Source: Spirulina sp.
GTDB taxonomy: Bacteria > Cyanobacteriota > Cyanobacteriia > Phormidesmidales > Phormidesmidaceae
Length of the DNA stretch: 64,000 nt
Assembly: GCA_044070495.1 (NCBI GenBank)
Contig: JBIPSI010000017.1
Coordinates: 32,001-96,000 of the forward strand
Direction of reading: 5' to 3'
The stretch's first letter is position 1. Each line of letters begins with the position of its first letter. Position numbers and translations under genes: made by a program. The notes under the pieces were generated by a model. The model was not told where the DNA came from and searched no databases. It saw nothing but the letters and a program-made list of their open reading frames with translations. Below, one piece after another: positions 36,119-45,385 of this stretch.

Positions 36119-37486
36119 ATGTTTGAGAAATGGCTCCGGTTTAATCCTCTGATTCATCGTCAGTTTCAGGGTCAGCCCGATCCAGAACTGACCCAGATTC
36201 TTCACAATACGGGCTGGCTGTTTTCGGGCAAGGTGTTGCGCCTGGGCATCAGCCTGCTGGTAAGCACCTGGATAGCCCGCTACCTGCGCCCGGAGGGGTT
36301 TGGCCAGTTGCAGTATGCCCTGGTGTTTGCCAGCTTTTTTGACCCCCTGTCTACGGTCAAAATGGGGCAGGTGGTCACCCGTGATCTGGTTCAGCGCCCG
36401 GAGGCCAGCGCCACCATTTTGGGTACCGCCTTTGTGCTTCAACTGGCTGGGGGCACCCTGGCGGCGGGGCTGTGTGTGCTGGGGGTACTGTGGCTGGCCC
36501 CCCAGGAACCGCTGATTCAACTGCTGGTGGCCATTACCGCCCTAAAGTTTATCTTTAACTCGCTCCAGCCCATCGAAAACTGGTTTGAAGCCAGGGTGGC
36601 CTCGAAGTATGTGGTGCTGGCCGAACACAGCGTGTTTTTTCTGATTGTGCTGCTGCGCTGTGGACTAGTGCTGTGGCAGGCCACGGTGGTGGCCTTTGCC
36701 ATCGCCATCGTGCTGGAATCTAGCCTCTATGCCCTGGGGCTGGCCGTTTGCTACACCCGCCAGCGGCAGTCGATTTGGGCGTGGCGCACCAGTGGGCCAC
36801 ACCTCGCCTATCTGCTGCGGGAGGCTTGGCCCTTGGTGTTGTCCTCAACGGCGGTGGTGATCTATCTCAATGTCGATCAAATGATGCTAGGGCACCTGAT
36901 CGGCAAACAGGCGGTGGGCATCTACGCCAGTGCGGCCAACCTGTCGGAGGCAACGGCATTTTTGCCCGTCATTGTGGGGTCCTCTCTGTATCCTCGCATT
37001 ATCCAATCTCGACAACTAGAGACCGCTACCTACCAACGACGACTCCAGCAATTTTATGACCTCAATACCCTGATGGCCTACGGGTTAATGGTGATCCTGG
37101 TTCCCTTGGCAGGGCTTCTGATCAGGCAACTCTATGGGGTGGACTATGTCGCCGCGATTCCCATTCTAATGGTGCACCTTTTTAGCACGGTGTTCACCTT
37201 TCTGGGCATTGCCCAAAGCAAATGGATTGTTACGGAGGGGCTACAAAAATTCAATTTTTATGCCCGACTGGTGGGTCTGATTTCCAATATTGGCCTGAAC
37301 TTCTTGCTTATTCCTTACTTTGGCGGCATGGGGGCGGCCCTGGCCACCCTGATCTCCTACGCCCTAGGGGGATATCTCTTCTTCTGGCTAACGCCCCCCA
37401 CCCGAGGCAATGCCTGGCTGATGACCAAGGCCCTGGCCCTGCCCCTGCGATTGCCACGAGTGCTAAAAGCCCTCAACCAGCCGTGA
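36119..37486 (+). CDS. wzx: Wzx flippase
   Basis: NTGWLF...ARYLRPEGFG, IYLNVDQMML, VGIYASA, GMGAALATL. Confidence 0.9.
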   Translation: MFEKWLRFNPLIHRQFQGQPDPELTQILHNTGWLFSGKVLRLGISLLVSTWIARYLRPEGFGQLQYALVFASFFDPLSTVKMGQVVTRDLVQRPEASATILGTAFVLQLAGGTLAAGLCVLGVLWLAPQEPLIQLLVAITALKFIFNSLQPIENWFEARVASKYVVLAEHSVFFLIVLLRCGLVLWQATVVAFAIAIVLESSLYALGLAVCYTRQRQSIWAWRTSGPHLAYLLREAWPLVLSSTAVVIYLNVDQMMLGHLIGKQAVGIYASAANLSEATAFLPVIVGSSLYPRIIQSRQLETATYQRRLQQFYDLNTLMAYGLMVILVPLAGLLIRQLYGVDYVAAIPILMVHLFSTVFTFLGIAQSKWIVTEGLQKFNFYARLVGLISNIGLNFLLIPYFGGMGAALATLISYALGGYLFFWLTPPTRGNAWLMTKALALPLRLPRVLKALNQP

Positions 37487-37551
37487 AAGGCAGAAAGGGC
37501 GAGGACTCCTAGGGCCTTGGGTTAGCCCATGTATCCACTGGCCTATGGACT

Positions 37552-37594
37552 AATTCCAGTCAATTCCAGTCAATTCCAGTCAATGTTAGTCAAT
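37552..37594 (+). repeat. 10-nt tandem repeat (AATTCCAGTC)x3 plus one degenerate unit
   Basis: Directly visible upstream of the GT4 gene. Confidence 0.8.
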
Positions 37595-37618
37595 TTCGAT
37601 GGAACTTAAGCGGCAACC

Positions 37619-38884
37619 ATGGATGTGATCTTCGTTATTTTTCAAACGGGTAGCCAAGCCAATGGCGGGGTGGAAAGTATCACCCAGGTGATTGAGCACT
37701 GCCGTTCCCTGCGGCCCCAGATCGTTACCCAGATGGAAACCGTCGTAAACCAGCGTTGGCGGCAGGCGGGGGCTGAGGTCGCCCTGTGGCCACTGCCCTA
37801 CCGATTGGGCGCGAGCCTCTGGCAAGGGCAATTCTGGGCCTGGGGGCAACGGCTTTGGTCTTTGGCCCAGACCAACGGACGCATGTTTCGACGGGTGAGG
37901 CAATCCGCCGTTCGCGTTGTCCATTGCAATGATCCCGCCGCCTTCTGGCACACGGCCCTAGGGGCCAAACTGGCCGGGGCCGCTGTCCTGTTCAACATTC
38001 GAGACACCAAGGCCCGCGATGAAACCTACGGATGGAAATGGACTATCGCCTGCTGGCTAAGCGATGCCCTGCTGGTGCTCTCCCAGGAGATGCGCCAATC
38101 CCTCATGAACGCCCTACCGGCGGCCCGTCGCCAGGAGGCCAAGCTCCACGCCATCTACAGCATTGTGGATACGACCGCCCTGGCACCGCCAACAGCCGTT
38201 ACCCGACAACAACTGCGAGGGCAACTGGGCATTCCTGCCGACGCCTTTGCGGTGGGCTATGTCGCCACCCTCAACCCCAAAAAGGCACAGTTGGCCCTGA
38301 TCGAGCAGGCCATTCCCGCCCTGCATCGAGCGATTCCCAATCTGCACCTTTATCTGGTGGGCGACTGCGCCCCCGACAACCCCTACGCCCAGGCCTGTGT
38401 CACCGCCGTTCAGACCTTAGGCCTGGAATCGGTGGTGACGCTGACGGGCTATACCCCGGCGGTGGCCGACTGGTACCCAGCGCTGGATTTGGTGATTGTG
38501 GCTTCCCGCCAGGAGGGCTTAGCCCGCTGCATGATCGAAAGCCTGGCCTGCGGCACCCCCGTCGTCTCCTTTGCGGTGTGCTCGGCGGGGGAAATTTTGC
38601 TGGGCCACCACTGTGGGCGGGTGGTGCCAGAGGGCGACTATGAAGCGCTCAATCGGGCCATCATCGACCTCTCTAGCCAGCCAAGCCTACGCGAAGACCT
38701 GGGAAAGAATGGCGTTGATGCCGTGCAACACCTGTTTCGGGCCGAGACCATTGCGCTCCAGTACGAAGCGCTTTACGCCGCCCTCGCGACCCGTTCGCCT
38801 ATCCATCTGCCCTCCGCCCAGGCCCCGGACACCGAGCCCCTGGCCCCAGCCATCGTGTCCGGCATGTCTACCCCCAACCCCTAG
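37619..38884 (+). CDS. Glycosyltransferase family 4
   Basis: ASRQEGLARCMIESLACGTPVV (EX7E) motif. Confidence 0.88.
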   Translation: MDVIFVIFQTGSQANGGVESITQVIEHCRSLRPQIVTQMETVVNQRWRQAGAEVALWPLPYRLGASLWQGQFWAWGQRLWSLAQTNGRMFRRVRQSAVRVVHCNDPAAFWHTALGAKLAGAAVLFNIRDTKARDETYGWKWTIACWLSDALLVLSQEMRQSLMNALPAARRQEAKLHAIYSIVDTTALAPPTAVTRQQLRGQLGIPADAFAVGYVATLNPKKAQLALIEQAIPALHRAIPNLHLYLVGDCAPDNPYAQACVTAVQTLGLESVVTLTGYTPAVADWYPALDLVIVASRQEGLARCMIESLACGTPVVSFAVCSAGEILLGHHCGRVVPEGDYEALNRAIIDLSSQPSLREDLGKNGVDAVQHLFRAETIALQYEALYAALATRSPIHLPSAQAPDTEPLAPAIVSGMSTPNP

Positions 38885-38897
38885 CCCATCTTTTGCT

Positions 38898-40370
38898 GTG
38901 AGTACTTTTTCTTCCCCCGTTTCCCCTCGATCTAGGGTCGCTACGCTGGCTCTCTCCCCCTTTGTGGCCATGGCCCCTTGGCATCGGGCTGTTTTGGTGG
39001 CCCTGGTCACCCTGGCCCTGGCAGCGGTAGGGTGGCAGCAGCAGATCGCCCCCGTCCCTATCCAGGGAATGGCCTGGGTGTTTTTGGCCCTGGTCTTAAA
39101 TGGGGTGCTGCTGCTGCTGCCGATCCTGTTCTATCGGCCCACCTTTGGCTGGTTTCATCCCCTGGTGTTTGCCCTGTTCTTTGCCCTGCTGGGTCACCTC
39201 CGCCGATGGGATGTCTACGTGGGCGGGCTTCAGTGGCACGCCGCCCTACCCGGCTGGAGTGCCGATCACCTGACGGCCCTCGTGCTGAAGGATCTGCTGT
39301 TGCAGGCGGCGGGAACGGCGGCGCTGTACGCGGGCTATCTCCTGGGGCCAACCCTGGGGTCGCTGCCCATCACCTTTCGGATGCCCGCCCACCTCGCCCG
39401 TAAAACCGTTGTCACCGTGGCCGCCGCCGCTGGCATTTTCGCCGTCTATGTGCAGGGTCGTGGCGGGTTGATTAGCCACATGCTTTCCTGGGGGCAGGGC
39501 CGCAATGAGGCCCTGGCGGGGGCCTTTTACTGGCAGTTTTTGATTCAGTTGGGCCTGCTGGCCTGCCTTTGCTGGCTCACCCTAGATCGCCGATCCACGG
39601 CCAACCCGGTGTTTTGGAGCTGCACCCTGGCCTCGCTGACGATGATCTTTTTAACGGGGGGATCGCGATCCGCCGTCATCTATGTCATGGTGATGGGCCT
39701 ACTGGCCTGGCTGCTGCGGGAGCAAAAGATCGATGGGGTCAAAATTGTGGCCATTGCCCTGATTGGCCTCTTCGTCCTGGGTACCCTGGGCACCCTGCGC
39801 AACAGCACCTTCAACGGCACCATCGACTGGGCCAGCCTGTGGGGTCGTTCCACCGCCAGCACCACCGCAGAAACCTCAACCCTCAACACCAGCCTGACCG
39901 AAATTTCCCAGCGCAGCAGCGTCTATGCCGGGGTATTTCCCATCCTGGGCCTAGTGCCCACCCAGGTCGATTACCTACAAGGCAGTTCCTACCTTGCGGC
40001 CCTCACCCTGCCCGTGCCCCGCGCCCTGTGGCCCAACAAACCCGGCCTGATCGCTGGGATGGTGGGCCAAACCTTCTTCAACAGTGCCGTGGGGATGCCC
40101 CCTGGGCCCGTTGGCGAGGCCTACTGGAATTTGGGCCTGCCTGGGGTGCTGCTGGTGTTTACGCTGTTTGGGGCGTTTCAAAAGCTGCTGGCGGAAACCT
40201 ATCGCCGCTGTCAGCCTCAGACCGGGGCCATTGTGCCCTACGTCATCACCCTGTTTTTGTTTTCGGAACCCACCGGGCTAGCCTTCATTGCCTGGCTAAT
40301 GATGCTGGTGCCCACCCTGGGATGGCTCGTCGCCACGGGGGCGGTGGAATGGCGATCCGCGCCAGGCTAA
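38898..40370 (+). CDS. wzy: Putative Wzy polysaccharide polymerase (start GTG 38898 or ATG 38970)
   Basis: About 11 TMs, GGSRS, periplasmic loop with PVPRALWPNKP and GEAYWNLGLPG; position within Wzx/Wzc cluster. Confidence 0.75.
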   Translation: MSTFSSPVSPRSRVATLALSPFVAMAPWHRAVLVALVTLALAAVGWQQQIAPVPIQGMAWVFLALVLNGVLLLLPILFYRPTFGWFHPLVFALFFALLGHLRRWDVYVGGLQWHAALPGWSADHLTALVLKDLLLQAAGTAALYAGYLLGPTLGSLPITFRMPAHLARKTVVTVAAAAGIFAVYVQGRGGLISHMLSWGQGRNEALAGAFYWQFLIQLGLLACLCWLTLDRRSTANPVFWSCTLASLTMIFLTGGSRSAVIYVMVMGLLAWLLREQKIDGVKIVAIALIGLFVLGTLGTLRNSTFNGTIDWASLWGRSTASTTAETSTLNTSLTEISQRSSVYAGVFPILGLVPTQVDYLQGSSYLAALTLPVPRALWPNKPGLIAGMVGQTFFNSAVGMPPGPVGEAYWNLGLPGVLLVFTLFGAFQKLLAETYRRCQPQTGAIVPYVITLFLFSEPTGLAFIAWLMMLVPTLGWLVATGAVEWRSAPG

Positions 40371-40529
40371 TCCCCCTAGAACCGTTCCATGACCAGACTT
40401 TCATCGTCGAACGTCCATGGCCAAACGGCCATAGCCAAACGTCTATGGCCAAACGATTAACGGTACAACCACTCCGTCAGTTTGGGCCTGTCCTATCCCC
40501 CTCTTAAATACCTCTAGAAACACCATCCT

Positions 40530-41609
40530 ATGAAACACATTCTTGTTACCGGAGTTGCCGGATTTATTGGCTTTTTCGTCGCCCAGCGTCTGCTGCGAGA
40601 CGGCCATCGCGTCTATGGCATCGACAACCTCAACGGCTACTACGATGTTCGCCTAAAACGAGACCGGTTAGCTCGCCTGTGCAGTCACACCAACCTTCAC
40701 TTTGAAAAGCTTGATTTAGCCGATAGACAGGCAGTTTTAGATCGGTTTGAGCACCAGCACTTTGATGCCGTTATTCACCTGGCGGCCCAGGCGGGGGTAC
40801 GATTTTCCCTGGAGGAACCCTTCACCTACTGCGACAGCAACCTAACCGGATTTTTGAGTATTTTAGAAGGCTGTCGTCACTACCCGGTCGAACACCTAAT
40901 TTTTGCTTCCTCTAGCTCCGTCTATGGAGCCAACCAAAAGGTACCCTTCTCGGTAGCGGATCGGGTAGACTGCCCCATTTCCCTCTATGCCGCGACTAAA
41001 AAGGCCAATGAATTAATGGCCCATGCCTATAGCCATCTGTACCAAATCCCCGCCACCGGACTGCGATTTTTTACGGTGTATGGCCCCTGGGGTAGGCCGG
41101 ATATGGCTTACTTCAAATTCGCTGATGCCATTGCCCAAGGACGACCCATCCAGGTGTTTAACCATGGCCACATGCGTCGAGATTTTACCTACGTTGACGA
41201 TGTTGTTGAGGCCATCCTTCGACTTCTAGATCGCCCTCCGCTGGCCTCCCCCTTAGCAACCTCCCCATCCCCAGGGATGCCCTTAGCCACCGCCTCATTT
41301 TCAACAGAGCCATTACCAGAGGCTTCCACGCTTCCCAGGGTTCCCTACAAGATCTACAACATCGGCAATCACAGACCCGTTGAGCTGCTGTATTTGATTG
41401 AATTAATTGAGGCAGCCATGGGACAATCCGCCGTCAAAGTTATGCTGCCCATGCAGCCCGGCGATGTACCGATTACCTATGCCGATGTCGAGGATTTGAT
41501 GGTGGATACTGGGTTCCAGCCCCAGACTACTATTGAAGACGGCATTGCTCAGTTTATGGCCTGGTACAAAGATCGCTACTGCAACTATTCCCTGGAGCAG
41601 GTAGCGTAA
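40530..41609 (+). CDS. NAD-dependent epimerase, UDP-glucuronate 4-epimerase type
   Basis: VTGVAGFIG, HLAAQAGVR, SLYAATKKANE, FFTVYGPWGRPDMA, MQPGDV; Pro/Ser-rich insert near aa 240-270. Confidence 0.9.
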   Translation: MKHILVTGVAGFIGFFVAQRLLRDGHRVYGIDNLNGYYDVRLKRDRLARLCSHTNLHFEKLDLADRQAVLDRFEHQHFDAVIHLAAQAGVRFSLEEPFTYCDSNLTGFLSILEGCRHYPVEHLIFASSSSVYGANQKVPFSVADRVDCPISLYAATKKANELMAHAYSHLYQIPATGLRFFTVYGPWGRPDMAYFKFADAIAQGRPIQVFNHGHMRRDFTYVDDVVEAILRLLDRPPLASPLATSPSPGMPLATASFSTEPLPEASTLPRVPYKIYNIGNHRPVELLYLIELIEAAMGQSAVKVMLPMQPGDVPITYADVEDLMVDTGFQPQTTIEDGIAQFMAWYKDRYCNYSLEQVA

Positions 41610-41721
41610 CAAAAAACAGGTGAAATCGATTTTAATCCTCTTTAATCCTCTGTCTAATGCTGGCAGAGTGGCAATACGCAATCCCTAATTTGGCCGCACA
41701 ATAAACACAGCTTTTGGCTAA

Positions 41722-41768
41722 GGGAGAGGCTTTAATCCTAACGTCGCTCCGGCCTCTCCCGTTTTTTT
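41722..41768 (+). terminator. Intrinsic-terminator-like hairpin inside the EPS operon
   Basis: GGGAGAGGC (41722-30) pairs with GCCTCTCCC (41752-60), followed by G and T7. Confidence 0.55.
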
Positions 41769-41789
41769 GATAATATTCTCCTTTGAGCT

Positions 41790-43046
41790 ATGGGTATGCT
41801 GCCGTCCTTGCAGAGTGGTTCCGTTGATCACCGTTTTCCTCATCCCCAAATCGAAGATTACCAGGTAAAATCTGCCCAGAAATCTACTCGCATTAAAGTG
41901 CTTTTTTTCACCGCCTCCTTAGGGAATGGGGGAGCTGAAATGCATCTTTTGCGAGTGGTGAATGCCCTGGATCGGGTTGGGTTTTCGCCCTTGGTGGCGG
42001 TGGCCCAACCGGGGGGCACCTACGAGGCCGCTCTAGCAGAGGATGTCCCCGTTTACAGCCTTAATCCGGCGGGGATTGGCTCTAGCACCATGCGCATGGT
42101 GCGGGCGGTGCGGCCCCTGCGTCAGCTCATTCAGGCCCATCGGCCCGACCTCGTCTGCTCGGTGATGGACCACGCCAACCTGGCGGCAATTCTCGCCTGT
42201 CGCGGCCTGCCCCAGCGGCCCCGGTTGGTGGTCTGCACCCAAAATTCGCCCCTGGCCCAGTATGGTCGCCCCTGGCATCCCCTGGATCGGCTGGTACTGG
42301 CGGGGATGGCGCGGTTGTACCCCCAGGCGGATCGCATTGTAGCCCTGTCTGAGGGGGTGGCCGCCGAAGTGCAAAGCCTAGTGAATCGGCCCCGGACATC
42401 GCCTGCGCCCCCCATTGAGGTAATCTACAACGCCGGAGTGGATGCCGCCGTGAAGCGGGGGGGGCGGGAGGGCCTGATGCTGCGCCAGGGGCAGACACCC
42501 CGGTTGCCGCTGTTGGTCGCCTGTGGGCGGCTACATCCCCAAAAGGGCTACCCCTACCTGCTGGAGGCCCTGGCCCGGGTGCGCCAAACCCTGCCGGTGC
42601 AGCTGTGGATTGTGGGGGAGGGGCCGCTGCGTCCTGTCCTGGAGCGCCAAATTCAGCGCCTAGGGTTGACCAACGCCGTGCAACTGCTGGGATTTCGGGC
42701 CAACCCTTATCAATACATGGCGGCGGCGGATCTGTTTGTGCTGCCTTCCCTGTACGAAGGGTTTGGCAATGTGATTGTGGAGGCCATGGCCTGCGGTACG
42801 CCAGTGCTGGCCACCGATTGCCCCCACGGCCCCGCCGAAATTTTGGAACAGGGTAAACACGGTCTGCTGGTGCCCCCGGCCAATGCCGAGGCCCTGGCCC
42901 AGGGGATTCTCTCGCTGCTGCAAAATCCGGCCCTGCGAGAGCAGTATGGGCGGTGTGGACTGACGCGATCCCTAGATTTCCAGGCCGATGCCATTGCCGG
43001 GCACTACGCCACGATGTTTAACGCTGTGCTGGCGGCACCCCACTAG
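41790..43046 (+). CDS. Glycosyltransferase family 4 (PglJ/WbnK-like)
   Basis: GNGGAE, GRLHPQKG, PSLYEGFGNVIVEAMACGTPV, TDCPHGPAEIL. Confidence 0.9.
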   Translation: MGMLPSLQSGSVDHRFPHPQIEDYQVKSAQKSTRIKVLFFTASLGNGGAEMHLLRVVNALDRVGFSPLVAVAQPGGTYEAALAEDVPVYSLNPAGIGSSTMRMVRAVRPLRQLIQAHRPDLVCSVMDHANLAAILACRGLPQRPRLVVCTQNSPLAQYGRPWHPLDRLVLAGMARLYPQADRIVALSEGVAAEVQSLVNRPRTSPAPPIEVIYNAGVDAAVKRGGREGLMLRQGQTPRLPLLVACGRLHPQKGYPYLLEALARVRQTLPVQLWIVGEGPLRPVLERQIQRLGLTNAVQLLGFRANPYQYMAAADLFVLPSLYEGFGNVIVEAMACGTPVLATDCPHGPAEILEQGKHGLLVPPANAEALAQGILSLLQNPALREQYGRCGLTRSLDFQADAIAGHYATMFNAVLAAPH

Positions 43047-43097
43047 TGGGTACAGACAGCACAGCAGGATCTAATCCAATACGACGGGATCTGATTT

Positions 43098-45038
43098 ATG
43101 TGCGGAATTTGCGGCAGTATCGGCCATCCCCCCGACCGAGATCGGTTAGCCAGGGCAATGGATCGCCTAGCCCATCGAGGGCCGGATCAAGCGGGCAGCG
43201 TTCTGAATCGTCAGTTGATTTTGGGGCATCGACGGCTGGCCATTCTGGACTTGTCTGACCAGGGGCGACAACCGATGACCAACGAAGATCAAACCCTGTG
43301 GCTGGTATTCAACGGAGAAATCTACAACTTTGAGGAACTGCGCGCCCTCCTTGCCCCCCATCACCACTTTCAATCCACTACCGATTCGGAGGTGCTGGTT
43401 CACGGCTACGAACAGTGGGGCATCGATGGTCTGCTGCAACGGCTGCGCGGCATGTACGCCTTTGCCCTGTGGGATGACACTACCGCGACGCTGCACCTCG
43501 TCCGCGACCCCCTGGGCAAAAAGCCGCTCTACTATACCACCCTAGGCGGGGGGCTAACCTTTGCCTCCACTCTGCCCGCCCTTTTGGAACTATTGGGCCA
43601 AACCCCGGCGATCTCGTCTACGGCGATTCTCAACTACCTCACCTACCTCTGTGTTCCGGCTCCCCAGAGCCTATTTGAGGGCATCTATAAACTTCCCCCG
43701 GCCCATCGGCTGGAGTTTTCTTCCCAGCGGGCTCCCCGTCTGGTGCGCTACTGGCAGCCCGATTTTACCCGCCCAGAACAGCGCTCCCCAGAGGAGTGGA
43801 TCGAGCGCATCGACGCCACTCTCACCGCCGCCGTTCAAGATCGTCTGGTGGCCGATGTGCCCGTGGGGGCTTTCCTCAGCGGCGGTGTCGATTCTAGCCT
43901 AGTGGTCGCCTGCATGGCCCATCTGAGCCCTCGTCCAGTGCAGACTATCTCCGTGGGCTTTGCGGAACAGGCCTTTAACGAACTGCCCCATGCCCGACGG
44001 GTAGCCCAGGTCTGTGGCACCCAGCATCAGGAGTACATTCTGCATCCCGATGCCGCCGCCGTCTTGCCGGATCTGGTTTTTCAGTATGGTGAACCCTTCG
44101 CCGATCACTCCGCCTTGCCCACCTACTACGCCGCCAAAGCCGCTGGCCAGCAGGTCAAGGTGGTGCTGACGGGAGACGGCGGCGACGAACTCTTTGCGGG
44201 CTATCGCCATCTGCCTGCCCTGCGGATGGCCCACCTGTTGCACCACCTGCCCCAGGGCTTAAAATCCACCGCTGCCGCCGGACTGGCCCATCTGGAACGG
44301 CGGGGGCACCGAAGGGCACGATCCTGGCGCTGGCTGGCGGCCTTTGCCCAGGGGCCACAGGGCACCTACAGCTTCGACCCCGTAGGCAGCCGCACCTGGC
44401 GACCCTACCGCCAGGCTCTCCTCGGCCCAGCCCTGCGGTCGGTGCCCGATCCGGGCGATCAGCTCTACCAAACCCTGTGGGAGGAATCGCCCCTGAAGGA
44501 CTGGGTGAGTCGGGCGATGGCCATTGATCTCGTCACCCTGCTCCCCGATGGGATGCTGACCAAGGTGGATGTGGCCACCATGGCCCACGGATTAGAGGCC
44601 AGATCGCCCCTGCTCGATCTGCGGCTGGTGGAACTGGCCAGCAAAATTCCCGCTGGTCAACAGCGCCAAGGTTGGCAAAGCAAATTTTTGCTGAAACAGT
44701 TGGCGAGAAAATATTTTCCGGAGGGCTTGCTGAATCGCCCCAAACAGGGCTTTTCCCTGCCCACTTCGGACTGGTTGCGGGGAGACATGGGGCCACTTCT
44801 AGAGTCGGTTTTGCTATCTCCCCAGGCCCAGGCCCGCCAGTATTTTTGCCCGGAGGTTGTGGCCCACTGCATTGCCGCCCATCGCCAAGGAAAAGCCGAT
44901 CATGGCCAGCGGTTGTGGTCGTTATTGCTGCTAGAACTCTGGTTCCAAATGTTTATCGATAAAACCCTAGCTCCCGGAGATCGATTAGTCAATTTCAACC
45001 AAGACTTTGCCGTTGCAGATCTAATGACCAGTCCCTAG
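43098..45038 (+). CDS. asnB: AsnB-like glutamine-dependent amidotransferase
   Basis: MCGI N-terminus, HRGPD, NGEIYN, LSGGVDSS, GDGGDELFAGY, RPKQGF. Confidence 0.92.
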   Translation: MCGICGSIGHPPDRDRLARAMDRLAHRGPDQAGSVLNRQLILGHRRLAILDLSDQGRQPMTNEDQTLWLVFNGEIYNFEELRALLAPHHHFQSTTDSEVLVHGYEQWGIDGLLQRLRGMYAFALWDDTTATLHLVRDPLGKKPLYYTTLGGGLTFASTLPALLELLGQTPAISSTAILNYLTYLCVPAPQSLFEGIYKLPPAHRLEFSSQRAPRLVRYWQPDFTRPEQRSPEEWIERIDATLTAAVQDRLVADVPVGAFLSGGVDSSLVVACMAHLSPRPVQTISVGFAEQAFNELPHARRVAQVCGTQHQEYILHPDAAAVLPDLVFQYGEPFADHSALPTYYAAKAAGQQVKVVLTGDGGDELFAGYRHLPALRMAHLLHHLPQGLKSTAAAGLAHLERRGHRRARSWRWLAAFAQGPQGTYSFDPVGSRTWRPYRQALLGPALRSVPDPGDQLYQTLWEESPLKDWVSRAMAIDLVTLLPDGMLTKVDVATMAHGLEARSPLLDLRLVELASKIPAGQQRQGWQSKFLLKQLARKYFPEGLLNRPKQGFSLPTSDWLRGDMGPLLESVLLSPQAQARQYFCPEVVAHCIAAHRQGKADHGQRLWSLLLLELWFQMFIDKTLAPGDRLVNFNQDFAVADLMTSP

Positions 45039-45040
45039 CA

Positions 45041-45097
45041 TCCTGAACTTCTGACTTCCTGAACTTCTAGTGTCCTGAACTTCTGATTTCCTGATTC
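45041..45097 (+). repeat. 16-nt tandem repeat TCCTGAACTTCTGACT-like, about 3.5 copies
   Basis: tcctgaacttct recurs at 45041, 45057 and 45073. Confidence 0.75.
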
Positions 45098-45101
45098 TTT
45101 G

Positions 45102-45220
45102 ATAGCGAATTTAACTTGAATGAGGTACACCGTGAAGATCCCCCCATCCCCCCTTAGTAAGGGGGGTACAAGATGACTCTACTACAGATAGGAACTGGGG
45201 AATCTGAACCCCCAAGATCT
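45102..45220. mobile_element. Truncated copy of MITE family A
   Basis: Colinear with the reverse complement of 16226-16374 (TTGAATGAGG..GTGAAGATCCCCCC..CCCCCTTA..AAGGGGG.TAC). Confidence 0.75.
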
Positions 45221-45242
45221 GGTTGTTTGCCCCATCTCCAAA

Positions 45243-45295
45243 GTAGGTTGGGTGCAGCAAAGCGGAACCCAACCCACGGGAGATCAATGCTTTTC
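45243..45295. repeat. Collapsed copy of the GTAG REP doublet at 27817
   Basis: GTAGGTTGGGTGCAGCAAAGCGGAACCCAAC followed directly by CCACGGGAGATCAATGCTTTTC; both flanks match those at 27807-27919. Confidence 0.78.
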
Positions 45296-45385
45296 TTTGA
45301 GTGATGTTCTTAATGGCTGATGTTCTGAATTGCCAATTTTCCGTCAAGCTTTTCATCCAATTTCCCATTCACTAATTTATGTCCT

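Noticed and set aside
38571..38897. Long N-terminal extensions of the wzy ORF (and of the 46530 ORF)
   Set aside because: They overlap upstream GT4 genes out of frame; downstream starts fit better.
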